Positions 35,901-49,433 of a stretch of 64,000 nt of DNA are shown in pieces; the stretch's first letter is position 1; every line of letters begins with the position of its first letter. Below the pieces are notes generated by a model that worked only from the letters and a program-made list of their open reading frames with translations, had not been told where the DNA came from and ran no database searches. A program made the translations under genes and the position numbers. The DNA is from Lepidodermella squamata (lineage: Eukaryota > Animalia > Gastrotricha). Location of the stretch: assembly GCA_047495785.1 (NCBI GenBank), contig JBLDXI010000036.1, positions 1 to 64,000 of the forward strand, read 5' to 3'.

Positions 35901-38325
35901 GGCAATTATCCGTCCGATTCTATCTATTACCAACCAATCGATGTTTGCGTCATCATGGTGTATTATGTGAATTTACGCGGATATCTTTACGACGCGATTC
36001 TTTGCGATGGTGCGGCGAAATTCGCCATTTGCGAGAAAGTTGCAGAGGTTGAAACTGGGGTAAGCTTTTCGAAATGGCATCTTGGAAAGCATCACAAATT
36101 TGAGGTATCATAGAGCATTAAATTGTGCTACGATTCGCTAAAAGGCGGTAGCTGCAATGAAACCTGCCCAACAGGAACTGGCAAATACGAAGTTTGAGCT
36201 CCCCAATGTTAGTGTATTTTATAACATTTTTGCTGTTTTTCAGCTCCGCACGTTCGGTATATCTGAATCTCCAAAATACGTTAATTTTGAAAATTGCTAC
36301 GAAAGCGATACGGTGGGCTATTCACATAAAATTGCTCTAATTGAATATCTTTTAATCTTAGCCACCGTATGGCAGGTGTATGTATAGCGCGACCAATTTC
36401 CTTGCAGTTTGCATTCCTCAAGGGGCGTCATGCCCAGCTGGCACGGTAGGCTCCAAGTACAAATAATCGCAGATTGAATTGTATCGACTTGAATACTGTT
36501 TCGATAGACACCGGATCCGAGTGGTTCAACCTACGAGTTATTCGAAATTTGTGCAAGCCCGTGAGTTTTCAAAATTTTACAAGAAAACATTAAGTCGGGT
36601 TGGATGAGCATCGAATTGAAATTCTTGTGAGTACTGTATATCTACTAATTTTCGGTGGTCATTAATTATCGGTTTTGGACAATTTGGGCCTGTTACATTT
36701 CGGTGGATTTGAATTCGGTTTTAGGCTGGCCGCTGAGCAAAAAATTGATTTATTTCAATTAGAATTAATATTCGGTGATTTATATTTCGGTATTTACGCA
36801 AAACACCGAATTCCAAGATTCGGTGATACGCAAAAAGATTGGGTTCAACCATCACCCATCACTTGAAATTGAAATCCATGCCTTTTATTCCTTCTTTTCA
36901 CAACGATTCCGGGAAAGCTCTGAAGTGCCTTTCTATATATTGAGACTGAAGACTTACGACTTGAGTTTATGAATTCATTGCGATCAGGGATTTTGAATTG
37001 ATTTGATTTAATGCAATTTAAGGCCTAAATCACGGTAGAGCTGGGCCAGTCAGAAAAACCCTGGGATTAACCGAACCGGACCGGACCAGAGGCTCTGAAA
37101 TTCGGACCAACACAGCTGTAATCACGATTCGCTTCAAACGGTCAAAATAAATCCCCATCAATTTTGTCCTTTGGCCCTGGCTGAGAAGTAAAACCTTTCT
37201 TTGTCTACCGTATGTGTTACTTTGTTACACATTTAAAGAACATTTTAACCACTTTTTCAGAATTCTGTGAGCACGACTTGCAGTGTGCGAAGTAGGATCC
37301 GGGACCTGAGGTGTTTTCTAGAAAGCTTCTAGCACCCAGCCGAAGAAACCAAAGGGTCCCCTCTGTGGATTTTTTAGCCTTCCTCTGTTAGGAGTCCCGG
37401 AGCTGGGGTGTCACGACCCCCCACCACACCCCACCCCAGCACAACACCCCAGCCCACCCCAGACGACACCCCAGCACCCCTGTACTTCGCACCCTGACGA
37501 CTTGAGCACAAGCGCACTTGAGCAAAAGTGCTCAGCGGAGATTTATTATTATAGCCTGATGGATGACCTCTGTGAGGTCGACACGTCGCTACACAGGCTA
37601 CAGTTTACTAGTTTTCCACGATTCTTCAAATAAACTAGCCACAAGAAATCCAGCTATAAAGCTTCCTGTATTGCTGTAGATCAATCATAGTGTATGGGGA
37701 ATAAGTATAAAATTAATTTAGAGCTTTAGAGATGTTAAATGCAAAATCAAAACCGTTTATTCCAATTGAAATCGCTTTATTCCGACTTGTGATTCTTTTT
37801 CGTTTCAGATTTTACAGCTGCGTCGCGCAAGATGACACGCTTACCTGCCGCAGCCGTTGCTTAGATCGAGAAACGCGATACCCGTCATCCAACGTGTTCT
37901 CAAACAATCGAATCTGCGATCTCGCGCCCAAGAGCCTGTTTGTTGTCGGAGGCAGTGACATGACGCGGAGTGCAGCCATCGAACTGTGCATCGGCAACGG
38001 CGGTCAAATAGCTATGCCGAAGACACGGTCCGAGTTATCGACAGTTTTTACGAATATCATTGCTAAGGTCGAGCAGGATTCGATTCAGCCAACAGATTTC
38101 AAAGGATGGCTAGGCCTGATCAAAACAGCGGATAACAGGATGGCCTGGGAAGACGGCACGCAGCGGCCTAATGAAAATGACGGCTTTGTGTCCAACTTTG
38201 TTCCATCGCCATCTGAGCTTTGCACACTTATCAAATACGACGTGGATTCATACGTGTACAACGTATTACTGGCGAGTTGCACGGAGACTGGCAATTATGT
38301 TGCCTGTGAGAAATATCCTATCTAA
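32950..38325 (+). CDS. Gene C: signal peptide, 8 modules, CTLD1, 3 modules, CTLD2; 20 exons, roughly 800 aa
   Basis: MKTLNFICVIVALIQAADAAAYVRCFSRTNDAFNGCKTQC...; all exons join in frame; CTLD exons 35477-36060 and 37809-38325 (WVGL/WLGL, WDDGT/WEDGT, C...C...CEK). Confidence 0.9.
37281..37496. mobile_element. hAT MITE in last intron of gene C
   Basis: Family TIRs; perfect TSD ACGACTTG. Confidence 0.92.
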
Positions 38326-39049
38326 ACTTGGCGACGTTGTGCTGATTCTTCGTTATACATTTATTCAAACCTATTATGACTGACGACTGTTTTTTCTTTC
38401 ATCGTTATATCATCAAAATATTTGAATTTTATGAGTTCCCTTTTCCCTTATTCACTTGGCAAAAACCGAAATATAACACAGGGCAATGAATAAAGGATGT
38501 TTATGTTTGCACATATTTATCTGCCCCTTAGAAGCTATCGGCTCATTACGATAGCTTCAATTGTTCGCGCATCGATTGGTTAAGCGAGTAATTATTATTG
38601 ATATTGTCAATATTGCAGTCAGGGGCTCGCTAATTGGGATTCTTTATTTAAGCTACACGGAATATGGAATCCGATTCTTGCCAATAGCCATTGAGGGGCA
38701 CATAATTATCGGCCGATAACAATCCCGATCAATGATTACGTCGCTGATTGGCTTTTTCCTTATTCGGTTGACTCGGTTGGCTACAGATTCATCTTTCGGA
38801 AGGCATTCCCCTAAGCTCGGACCAGTGTGCGAAGTAGGACCCAGGAGCTCAGCTGAAGAAACCAAAGGGTCCCCTGGGCATTATACTTCCGCTTTGCAGG
38901 TCAAAGGTCACACGTTCACACGTGATCAAAACACTAAACTTGTAAGTTGTTGCTAATGTGGTAGTTTCGTCATTTCGTCACCATGAAGAAACAATTAAAG
39001 AAAAAATGTTGTGAGCTGTAGCCGAACTATCAACCTCTGGTTTTCTGAG

Positions 39050-40610
39050 CTCGAAGCTCGAACCACTAACGATCTAACGATCTAAATAAATATTGCAAAA
39101 TCTCTCGTAAGACTATAGCTTTAAATAACTCTCTAAGAGAGTCATATGAAACACAACTAGCTAACACTAACAATATGAAAAAACTGTGTAAATATGTGAA
39201 TAACCATATGAAATTTAAATCTAGAATACCTTCAATACTTGTTGACGGCGAAACTATCTGCGATCCCTTGAAAAAAGCTGAATTATTTGCGAAATTCTTC
39301 AAATCTCACTTTACTCTTGACGATGGCTGTAAATTAAATGTACAAAACAAACCATGCGTTGTAAATGACTTATATTTCTCAGAACTCTCAATTATTGAAG
39401 CTCTTAAGAAAATAAAAATAAACTCTCCAGCTGGCCCTGATCTTATAAATCCATACTTTGTTAGCAAAACTGTAAATGCTCTAGCTAAACCTTTATCTAT
39501 AATCTTTAACTCTAGCTATTCTTCTGGTTCTGTTCCATTCTTCTGGAAATTAGCCAATGTAACGCCTGTATTTAAAAAAGGCTCACCTAATCTTGTTGAC
39601 AATTATAGACCAATTAGCATTACCTCTTTACCTTGCCGTATAATGGAATCAATCATAAGAAAACAATGGATAAGAGTATTACTTTATGAAAAAATAATAT
39701 CCTACGAGCAGTTTGGTTTTATATCTGAAAAATCGTGTGAAACGCAACTATTAGACTGTTTAAATAAATGGTGCGATCTTGTAGACAGAGGAATGACACT
39801 ACACTGTATATACTTCGATCTTTCTAAAGCCTTCGATACGGTCCCACACGCTAAACTTCTCGATGTCTTAAAATCTTTTAATATTAATGAATGTTTATAT
39901 AATTGGATATCATCTTTTCTAACAGGACGTAAATTTCGCGTAAAAATACATAATTGCTTCTCTGAATTGTACGATGTGACCAGCGGTGTCCCACAAGGGA
40001 GTGTCTTGGGCCCCTTGCTATTTTTATTGTATTGTATTGTATTGTAGTACTGTTTGGTCTCCAAGACTAATTGGCGACCAAAAGTTATTGGAAGGTGTGC
40101 AAAAAACGTTTACCTGGCGCGTGATGAAAACGCATGACTACGAAAAAAGACTTCTAAAACTTAGCCGCTTAACTATTATTCAGCGTCACTTGGTTAGAGA
40201 TATATGTGTAACTAATGATATATTGAAAGACAATGTTAATCTAGATACGAAATGTTTTTTCGATGTTAAAAAATCAAACTATGATACACGTAGCCATAAA
40301 TATTTTCTCCTGATGCGTAAATCTCATCTTGATGTGCTATTTCATTTCTTTAGCTTTAGAGTTGTAAATAATTGGAACAAATTGCCAGCCTTTATAGTAG
40401 ATATTAATGATCGACTAATCTTTAAAAACCATATAAAAAATATTATTACAAAAATATAATGTGACAGGGCGCATATGTGTCCCTGGCTCCTGATCGACTA
40501 ATATATAATTTGTTATATATAATTAACTAGTATCTATGTGATAGATACATATATATATTCATCATGTTTACGGAGCAAAATAAAACTAAACTAAACTAAA
40601 CTAAACTAAA
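39050..40610 (+). mobile_element. CR1-type LINE, 5'-truncated with internal deletion
   Basis: GPDLINP, NYRPISITS, QFGF, DLSKAFD, GVPQGSVLGPLLFLLY, then a jump to YCSTVWSP..WNKLP; YADD region absent; (AACTA)n tail at ~40583-40610. Confidence 0.92.
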
Positions 40611-42629
40611 CCACACATGAGACACGCATGAAACCCGTGTTAGAATCAATTGATATAGGTCACAGTTAAAGCAGGTCACAGTTCACGTCGCGGAAAAACT
40701 CGCACTTCGGTTTTTTTCTGATTACAGTACTTTCGTATACAGTTTAGTTAACTGTATTTTTGTACAGCGCATCTCGACAGTTTTGTATTCTACGGTATTA
40801 CAGCTGTAGAATTTGTACAGTAAACACCGGCCGTACATTGGCTAACAGTAATCACACTGTAGTACAGTGTGATTACTGTTAGCCACTGCACTGCACTGCA
40901 CTGTACTGATAAGTACTGCCAAATGCAGTAGTTATTAGTACTGTCGAATGCACTGTACATAGATGTACGGCGAATAACTGTATTTTTCATGTACAGCTGA
41001 GGCTGCTGTACCTCAATCTACGGCTAATAACAGTAGCGGTTGTACAGTGAAAATCGTGGAATATGTATCAAAGTATGAATGGCTATAATCGATGAACGCG
41101 TCATGTCTGATGAACGTTTTATAAAGCCTTTATACTCGTTTTGACTCATTTCAGACGCTGGTATTTGTTACCGGGAAGCCGACTTACTTTACGGCGGCGA
41201 CAAATTAGCTAGCGACAAAATAGATGCATGTCATTATTATAGCGTAAAGAAATTTCATGCCATTGAACGTTTGAAAATTATTAAGTATCACGCTGAATTC
41301 TCGGAATTGGACAAATTACGGCCGTATGACATTTCGGCCCACGACGTTTTAGCCACGAATTTTCAGTCCCGTCAATTGAGCCGGAAGAGAATTCAGCCCG
41401 CGACATTAGAGCCCATATTTAAATACAAAATAACAACATTTTAGCTGCGACGATTTAGCGAGAGAAGTTTGAGCCGTAAATGTTTATTTCAAAGACGGCA
41501 TTCCCTCATTCGACATTTTAGTCAGCGACAATTCAGCCCTAATTACTCCCAATACCTTATTGGCCCATTGAATGCGAAGCTCTGCGCATAACTACCCAAC
41601 TCGTCGTAACTGCCTTGTTCGTTTCGTAAACAGTATTCGGCCCGCTGTCAGCAACCCTGTTGTAGAGGCGAAGGTCGCATGGATGTTGTAACCAGAAATG
41701 TCTTGACGCCCGAATAAAGCATTCATTGGACAACGGGGGACCCTTTGGTTTCTCCGGCTGTGGCGTGGCCTTTCAATTAAGCTATGGGCGGGGCTGTTAT
41801 TAAAAAGCCCAATTAGTTGTTGAATATCAAAACTTAGGGCATAGTTGCGTTTGAATGGCAATAATTTCTTACTGTCTTCATTTCACAGGGGGCACTTTTG
41901 CTTTGTGAAATCGGCCTTAATGATCGATTTTTCCGCCTAAGAGAGAGGTTTTAGACCGCAATTTTGAGCCGACAAGGTAAAAGATTGGGGAAATTAGTAT
42001 TTTGAGGGGCTAGAGTTGCGCCGGTTAGAAATTTAGAGTCCACCGGTTAACCCGGTTCGGTTTGCTCTGGCGCTCGGTTGAAACCGAACCGAACCGGTTA
42101 ACCGGGTTAACTGAAGCCAAAACTGGAAGCCGTCATTTCATCTCGGTTTAGCCGGAACCGAGACGGTTACCGGTTAACCCGGTTATTCTAAAAAAGCAAT
42201 ATTTGTGAGTTTTTATTGGTGAGGAATTCCCGAAAACAAATTAGATATTCGGATTCAGCGTGAAAATTTGTTTTCGGCATAGTTTCGCAAATAAGCGCAT
42301 TAGCCAATTGAAATGTTCTTCATGTTCATTTGAAAGGGCTGGGCAAGTCGCGGATGATTAAATTCAAGAAAAGTACTCGGGAGTCTTTTGGAAGTTTTTC
42401 AAAGTGACGAGTTGACGAAATGAGTTAAGTGTTTTGACCACGTGTGACCTTCGACCTGCAAAACAGAAGTATAACGCTTTGGCTTTTTCTCTCGTTGCAG
42501 TTCTGGTGGTCCCGGTTGGTGTCGCAGCCCCCCGCACCTCTTTACTTCGCACCTCTGCCAGATCGGAAAAGAAAAACAAAAACAAAACATAAAAAATATC
42601 TACAGTCAAGGACAATGTCACTGATAAGG

Positions 42630-42830
42630 TCTAGCAGGCTCTGCGAAAGGCTGGCTTGATCGAAACAGCCGGTAACAAGCTGGTTTTGTAAGCCTTGTGC
42701 CCACATTTGCCCCATCGCCTGTTGGGCTTTGCGCCTACATCAAATTTGACAAGGATCAAGACGTGTACAAGACGTGTAGTACTGGCAAGTTGCAAGTTGG
42801 GATATGCTGCTTGCAAGAAATATCCCTAAG
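42630..42830 (+). pseudogene. Decayed CTLD2 exon (relic paralogue)
   Basis: KGWL..IETAGNKLV / PTFAPSPVGLCAYIKFDKDQDVY / VLASCK..YAACKKYP* in shifting frames aligns with the last exon of gene C. Confidence 0.75.
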
Positions 42831-43295
42831 TCTAACTTGTCTAAAACTTTCAATTTTCGCACTACGATCATCGATCATCTGCTATTGATGGTAACTCCTC
42901 GAAATTGCGGTTGAAAATTCACTACAATTGTATCGAAATTTCATTTGGTCTCGCTAAGCCCTCAACGTCGCACACGTTCACGGCTGGATAGATTCTTTTT
43001 TATTGATCAGATGGAGCTGGATCTGATGGATGGAGATGCTGGATGAAACTATTTTGCACACGATGCCGGATGTTCGATCAGTAACGTACCTGAAAACGCA
43101 AGAAAAAGTGATGGCAACGCATTGCATTAAACAGGCTATTTCAATTTATTAGTCAAACCATATTTCTATTGAATAACTGATGGTATAAGCAAATTAAATA
43201 ATGTCATGTTGATTCTTGATTTTGATAAAAGGAAAACATTATTCAGTTCAAAAGTTGATTCATAGCATGGAAGAATCAGTTCAACGCCGCCAGGA

Positions 43296-46200
43296 TTAGA
43301 TAGCATACTTCTCGCAGATGACATACGACGCTGTATCGGTGCAACTCTGCAGTACATACCAGTAATAACCAGCCTGGCCAGGCTCTTCGGGCGGTGAAGT
43401 CTGCTTAACAATGAAGCATTGCTCAACCGGCGCGGGATCAAATAGGCCAACATCATCATTTGCATTTGATGGGCGGAACGTGCCGTCTTCAAAAATGAGG
43501 TTGTTATCATCACCAGCAGGTTTCCTCCAGCCTACCCACGCTTTGAAATTGTCAGCGTCAAGTCCATCTTGAACGACTTTTCCACCAGCACCTGTCGTGA
43601 GAGCGTCCCTCTCATCAGGCGTCTTCGGCATGGCTATTTGAGCGTTGTTGTTACGGCACAGTTCGATAGCTGCAGATCTCGTCATTTCACTTCCCCCGAG
43701 AACTATGAACTCCTTGGGGGCCGAGTCGCAAATTCGGTTGTTCCACGACGATGGATATTTCGTTTCACCATCAAAGCAGCTGATGGTTCGACAGTTGACC
43801 GTTTGATCTGGCGCAACGCAGCTGTACAATCTAAAACGAAAAAGGCCGATAATTAAACATGAACTAAGACATTCAAAGTGAAATAATCATATATCAAAAA
43901 ATTCCGAGGTTTGATTTAACATTTGACCTTAAAACCCAAAACGACTATTCGTTTAATTTGCGCACGATGAACTTATTTACAACGAAAAAATAAGTTCCGA
44001 TGATGGCTAACATAGCCTGGTCTGATAACCAATCATTATTTTGCATTCCTCTGCCAAGAAAACCATACCTAAACCTAACGAGTTCCCATAAAAAAAATGC
44101 AACATCAGACTATAGATCGTTTGTTTCATATTCTTAAATTGCCAAAAATACACTGTGAGATCCGGTATTTGGATGCAAATCGTGGTTCTGTCAAAAGTCC
44201 TTTTAGCGGCTCAACGATGCGTCGTAGGGCAAAATGCCTGACGGCAAATGAAGTCCATGACCCGGCGGTTCCTTTGACACCGAATTTAGGGCCACAAGGT
44301 CTGAACAGGTCTTTGAAAAAAACTGTTAAATAACGTCGAAATTTTGGATTAGAGCCAAAAATCAGTTAATAGCTATCGAAAAGAAGGTGTGGGAAAATTT
44401 TATTGAGAGATGGTGTATAATTTCTATTCATGAACTTACGGGGTTGCGCAAGCTTCGAACCAGTTGTAAGTCGTACCGCTCGCATCCGAAGTCTAGTAAA
44501 TAAAATGTATAATCTTCAGTCTGTAATGATTTGCGGTGATCCTACCGTTCCAGTTGGGCATGATAATGCTTGAGGAATGCAAACTGCGGCAAAATTGGTC
44601 GCACTATCTACACATTTGATGTATGGAATCTAAGAAATTGAACACGTGGCAAATTAATGAATGAACAAAATCGGCTAAAAAAAACTTGCCGTAATGTTTC
44701 TCTTGCAATCAGCGACATTAGCAGACTTGACAGATTCCGTTGTGCCGAAGGTACCGAACTAAATTAAATTTTGATTAAATGTTGATTAAATAGAAGTGTG
44801 TGAAATTTCTAACTTCGTATTTGCCGGCTCCTGTTGGGCAGGTTTCGGTACAGCTGCCACCTTTGATCGAATCGAAGCACATTTTCACGCTCTGTCAGAG
44901 CGTGATAATCAAGAAGAAAGTTCGAGTTTCAAAAAGAATTACCCCGGTTTCAATCTCAGCAACCTTCTCGCACATAGCGAATTTCGACGTTCCGCTGCAG
45001 AGAACCGTATCGTAGCGGTATTGCTTCTCAAAGAGATTGTTTTCGAAGAACATGACGACGCAAGCATCGACTGATTGGAAATAGATAGAAGAGCCAGGGC
45101 CCCTATTGAAGAAAATAGGCTCGCTCCAGTGATTTTCGTTGAAAGAATAAGTAGTTCCGTCGTCCCAGAACAACGAGCCATTGGCGTATTTCTTCAAAGG
45201 AATCCACGCTGTGAAATTGTTTCGGTCCATGTTGGTCTGCAAGACTTTCAACGCGCTAGCTGCTTGCTGATCAGCGAAATTGTCTCCGGCCCTCAATATC
45301 GCTGGTTTGGCATCGTTCGCAGCGCATACTGTAGCAATATCGCCTTGTGACAAGCTGGCGGATCCTCCGTAGACGAAAAACTGCCTTGTTGCGACTTGGC
45401 ACTTGTACTGAGATGAAAACGAAACCGTGGCTGGATTGCGGGTTTCACTCGCCAAGCAACTGCCTGTTCGACAGTTGACGGAGCCGTCCGAAGCTTCACA
45501 TCTGATGTACCTGCATGAAACAGAAAGGCAAATTTGAATTCATTGAATCCAGAGCTTTGGATTTGATTTGATTTACAGCTTAAATCACGGACCTCCTTCA
45601 ATCAATCAAAATAAATCACTGTCCCAATTTTCCAGGACTAAAACAATCAAATCAAATCATCGACACCCATAAATCACAATAAATCGCGAAACATCGGGAT
45701 TTCTTGTAAGCTGGGGCTTCGAAATGTCAAGAAAATGATGTAACAATGCATATTTGAAAACACCGTCCCTTGCTAAAGCAAAAAGGAGGAGAGATCATAG
45801 TTTCGCGGTATCAAGTTTTTCGATTACATCAACAAGGCTAAATCAAAATCAATCAAATCAAAATGTTTCCCCGCGTAAATCAATCATTTCAAATCTAAAT
45901 AAGTGAAAATAGGGTCTAAATCAAATCAAATAAAAGCCAAAGCACTGATTGAATCACTATTTCTAGTATATCAAAGATCCACGTCAGCTATGGAAAAGCT
46001 TTAGAAATTGTTTTGCTATTGCAAACAGGCTCTAGATTCTAATATTATTGATTGATCATCAACGGGGCACGTAAGAGTGAAGCAACTCACTCAGCAGCTG
46101 AAACAGTTGCGCAAGCTGCAAAATTGTTGTAGACAACACCGTCGGCGTTCGCATTCTATGACGGAGAATTGAGCTCTTAAGTTTAGCATCATTGAACATG

Positions 46201-48124
46201 AAGCTGAGCCTACCGTATTGGCCGGGCAAGACTTCGATTGTGGAACGCAAATAGCAAGGGCGCTGCTCGTACTGTCCATACATCTTTTGTGTTGTCCCTG
46301 TTGAAAGCAAAGCATCAGCAGAAATGAGAGGAGATGGAGGTTTTTACATTACCTGGACCAAAGCTTGGCAAGTGGCTTGATTATCGGATTTTGGAATTAC
46401 TGCTGTGCCAACTTGTCCGAGCTTGAACATATGTAAGAATATGAGTCACATTTCAAACAACTCCTCAAGGTCTCACGTCGTATTTGCCGGCTCCTGTATC
46501 GCAATTGTCACTGCAGCTCCCACCGCTTGTCGCGTCGTAGCATAATTTGATGGACCTGAAATAAAAAAATCATAATTTTTCTTTTCAGTACTGTGATAAT
46601 CAAGTCAAAAAATTTTAAGCTGTACTGCCAGATACCTGATTTCTACCATAAAGTGGTTTTAAAAATATGTCGGATATAGGCCAGTTAATGCCAAGCTCAA
46701 AACGAGATGTTAGGATTTAAAGTGAGGTTGAGAGTCAAGTCGGACTTTCAAAGCATGACTTACCCATAAGTCGCTTGCTTCGCTAGGCAGCTGGCGTAAT
46801 TGCTCGTGAAATCGGTCTTATTGAAGAAAGTTTCAACCTAGCACAAGCGATCGAATAAAATTATCTCTTCAACAGAGCAAATCACCAGCGTGAACGGAGA
46901 CGGGCATCGGCTACGGCAAAGCACTTCGCTTGACGTCGAACACAAAGCTGCTGGCTGTGAAATGAGGATGAGACGTGATAACATAGAAATCTTAAAAAAT
47001 GCAACTCACCCCAGCGAGGCAACGTGCTTTATCGGCAAAAGCCTCCGGGCTATAGTCCTGACATTGAGACATTTTTAAGAAAATTCGTACCTCACTTCAC
47101 TATGTACTCACCCTAGTCATGAGAGCCGCGTCGCATTGGGTCGCCTGGCAGCCAACGAAGGAACGATCACTTTTCAAGAAGCATCGCAGGTTTGTCGAAA
47201 AATCGCTAGTATTTCGAACGACTGAAAAACAGCGCGGGATGAAATTGCTTGAACAATAATTCATTCTTACTGTTCGCAGCAGTCATACAAGCCTGAGTGT
47301 CCACACTCCAGTATCTCACCAAAGTCTTTTGAAGTAAACAAAAATAATGATATCGCCATTGATATTACAGATCCTACCCAGTTGTTGGGGCAGTTGTTAG
47401 TGAATGGAATGCAGATAGATTGCCCGCTGTTATTGCATTGCGTGGCTGGGAAGGTCTGTGAAAAAATCGCAATTCATATTTTCTCAGAAGTTTTCAGTGT
47501 AGACAAACCAGAAATTTCGTAATTTCACCACGGCAGGTTTTGTACATCGCGCCGAACAAAGTTCCGATGTATCTTTGAATCTGTGAAATAAGGAAATTAA
47601 CGACAATTAAAATGATGATTGAAACAAGGGGGGTATTGAAAGCCGTTTTTCAAATTTAAAACGCAAATTTTTAAAAAAGCAAGCTTTTAATTTATTTATA
47701 GATATTGTTTTCGGTAAAACCTAATGATTTTCAAATGATCACTAACCTCAATTTCATCAGCGGAACAGCTAATCTTGCCAGGCAAACATCTCATGTTGAT
47801 TGTTTTGTAGTTGAAACAGCTTCGAGCCCACTGTTGGAAAAAATAAACAATTTTTCGAAATGGAGCCTTATCGAAAAAATCTCACTCCAGTTCTGCATGC
47901 TGTCAAGGTCGCAAAAGTTCCTCCAAGCTGGGTTTAAATAAATTAACTTGCGATGTTGGGAATAATTGGAGAAATTAGAGCACCTGGTACTCTTGAAGAA
48001 TCGAGCATTGGGTTTTGCAGCCATTGAATGCGTCGTTGGTCCGTGAGAAGCATCGCACATAAGTAGCAGCCTGGGCTGCTTGTATCAGCCAGACGATAAG
48101 GCAGATAAAATGTAATGTTTTCAT
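43296..48124 (-). CDS. Gene D: 8 modules, CTLD1, 3 modules, CTLD2; apparently intact
   Basis: MKTLHFICLIVWLIQAAQAATYVRCFSRTNDAFNGCKTQC...; exons colinear with C; CTLD exons ~45510-44943 and ~43830-43296; one GC-AG intron. Confidence 0.88.
45550..45947. mobile_element. hAT MITE with (GATTT)n subterminal repeats
   Basis: TIRs CAGAGCTTTGG / CCAAAGCACTG; perfect TSD ATTGAATC. Confidence 0.9.
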
Positions 48125-48546
48125 TGGCAAAAAACCTATGTAATTTTAAAATCGTAAAATGAAATAATGGCAGTTGAAAAAAATGAATGACTGAGAATTA
48201 AACGCTCATTCAATTTCTGCTCGTGATCGCGTGTTCACCGCCTGTTTCTTGCTTACTTCAAGAAACGCTAGCACGCGATGCTTTTCCAGTGAAATGTTTC
48301 GAAAAAGTTCAATCGCCCAAATAAATAAGTCTTTGTTTTACGGTCAATCTTTTAACCTTATTCTAGTCCTGACCGCGAAGAAGGTGGTTTTCTTGGATAT
48401 AATTAATCAACGGGATATTTAATAAATCTGAATAAATTCGCTTCGAAAATCAATTCGCCATTGACGTCGCTGGTCGCTGAACTGACCATTTTTATTGCTG
48501 AGTAAAATTAATCAAATTAACGAAAATAAAAAAATACAATTCAAAC

Positions 48547-48700
48547 CAGTGCGCGAAGTAGGATTCTCGAACTAGGGGGTATTTTCGGGCCCAAATTTTA
48601 TGACCAAAGGGTTCCCCTGTGGTTTTTTTGTGGTTTTTCCGCTTTTGCCTAGCGAACTGGGGGGTACGATACCCCCATTCCCCCCGTACTTCGCGCACTG
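48547..48700. mobile_element. hAT MITE
   Basis: TIRs CAGTGCGCGAAGTA / TACTTCGCGCACTG; perfect TSD ATTCAAAC. Confidence 0.92.
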
Positions 48701-49433
48701 ATTCAAACGCCGAGCTATGATTATTGAAAGAAATTGGAAGAAATGCCTAAGAGTCCTAACATATATCGAAAAAATTGGACAAAAGACTTCAGCTGTCGAG
48801 GATATTTTTCTTTACTCTTATAGCCGGCAGAAAAGAATGGCTCATGAAGGATGCTGGTTCTGTATTGCACTGACCTCCGAAGGTTCTTTCTATAGTCCGA
48901 CAATCGTTGATTAATGAATGCGTTAAGGAATGCCGTGATTATTGATTGCAAATAAAAAAATCCAACGTACTAGAAACTGGATTCAAATAAGCCTAAATCG
49001 GCCAAATCGGCCAAGAAAGCTGAGATGATATCAGATTCAGATCACGTTAACAACCTAGCTTACAATCCGGAACTCTTCGTAGTGCAAAATATCTCGGAAG
49101 GTTGGAAATTGCAAAAAATGAATTAATTCAATGCCCAACAACAATTGATGATTTGCTTCATCTGAATAAAACGTCTCAAGTCTCAACGAATACATTTTGA
49201 CCTTGTAACCTTGACGAAATTCGTCTGTTTTTGCGACACATATTTTATGATGCCACGTAGCAGTCGCGTGCCCGGCTGGTTTGTTCTCATTGCGATCGAT
49301 TTTTATTCCAGAATTCAATTACGTTTTATCAATCGAATTGTTATTTGCGTGCATTCAATTTCGCCTTGAAAAATTCCTTAATTCGTTAATTTAATATTAA
49401 ATTTCATTTGGACCTTAGGAAATCTTGCAAACC

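Noticed and set aside
41325-42190. CRISPR-like or functional repeat arrays
   Set aside because: Degenerate ~16-bp and AACCGGTT motifs without unique constant-length spacers or cas genes; typical transposon subterminal repeats in eukaryotic DNA.
37809-42830. Diversity-generating retroelement (lectin-fold variable region + RT + template repeat)
   Set aside because: The layout is suggestive, but the RT is a CR1-type LINE lacking YADD, and differences between the relic and gene C involve all bases and indels rather than template adenines.
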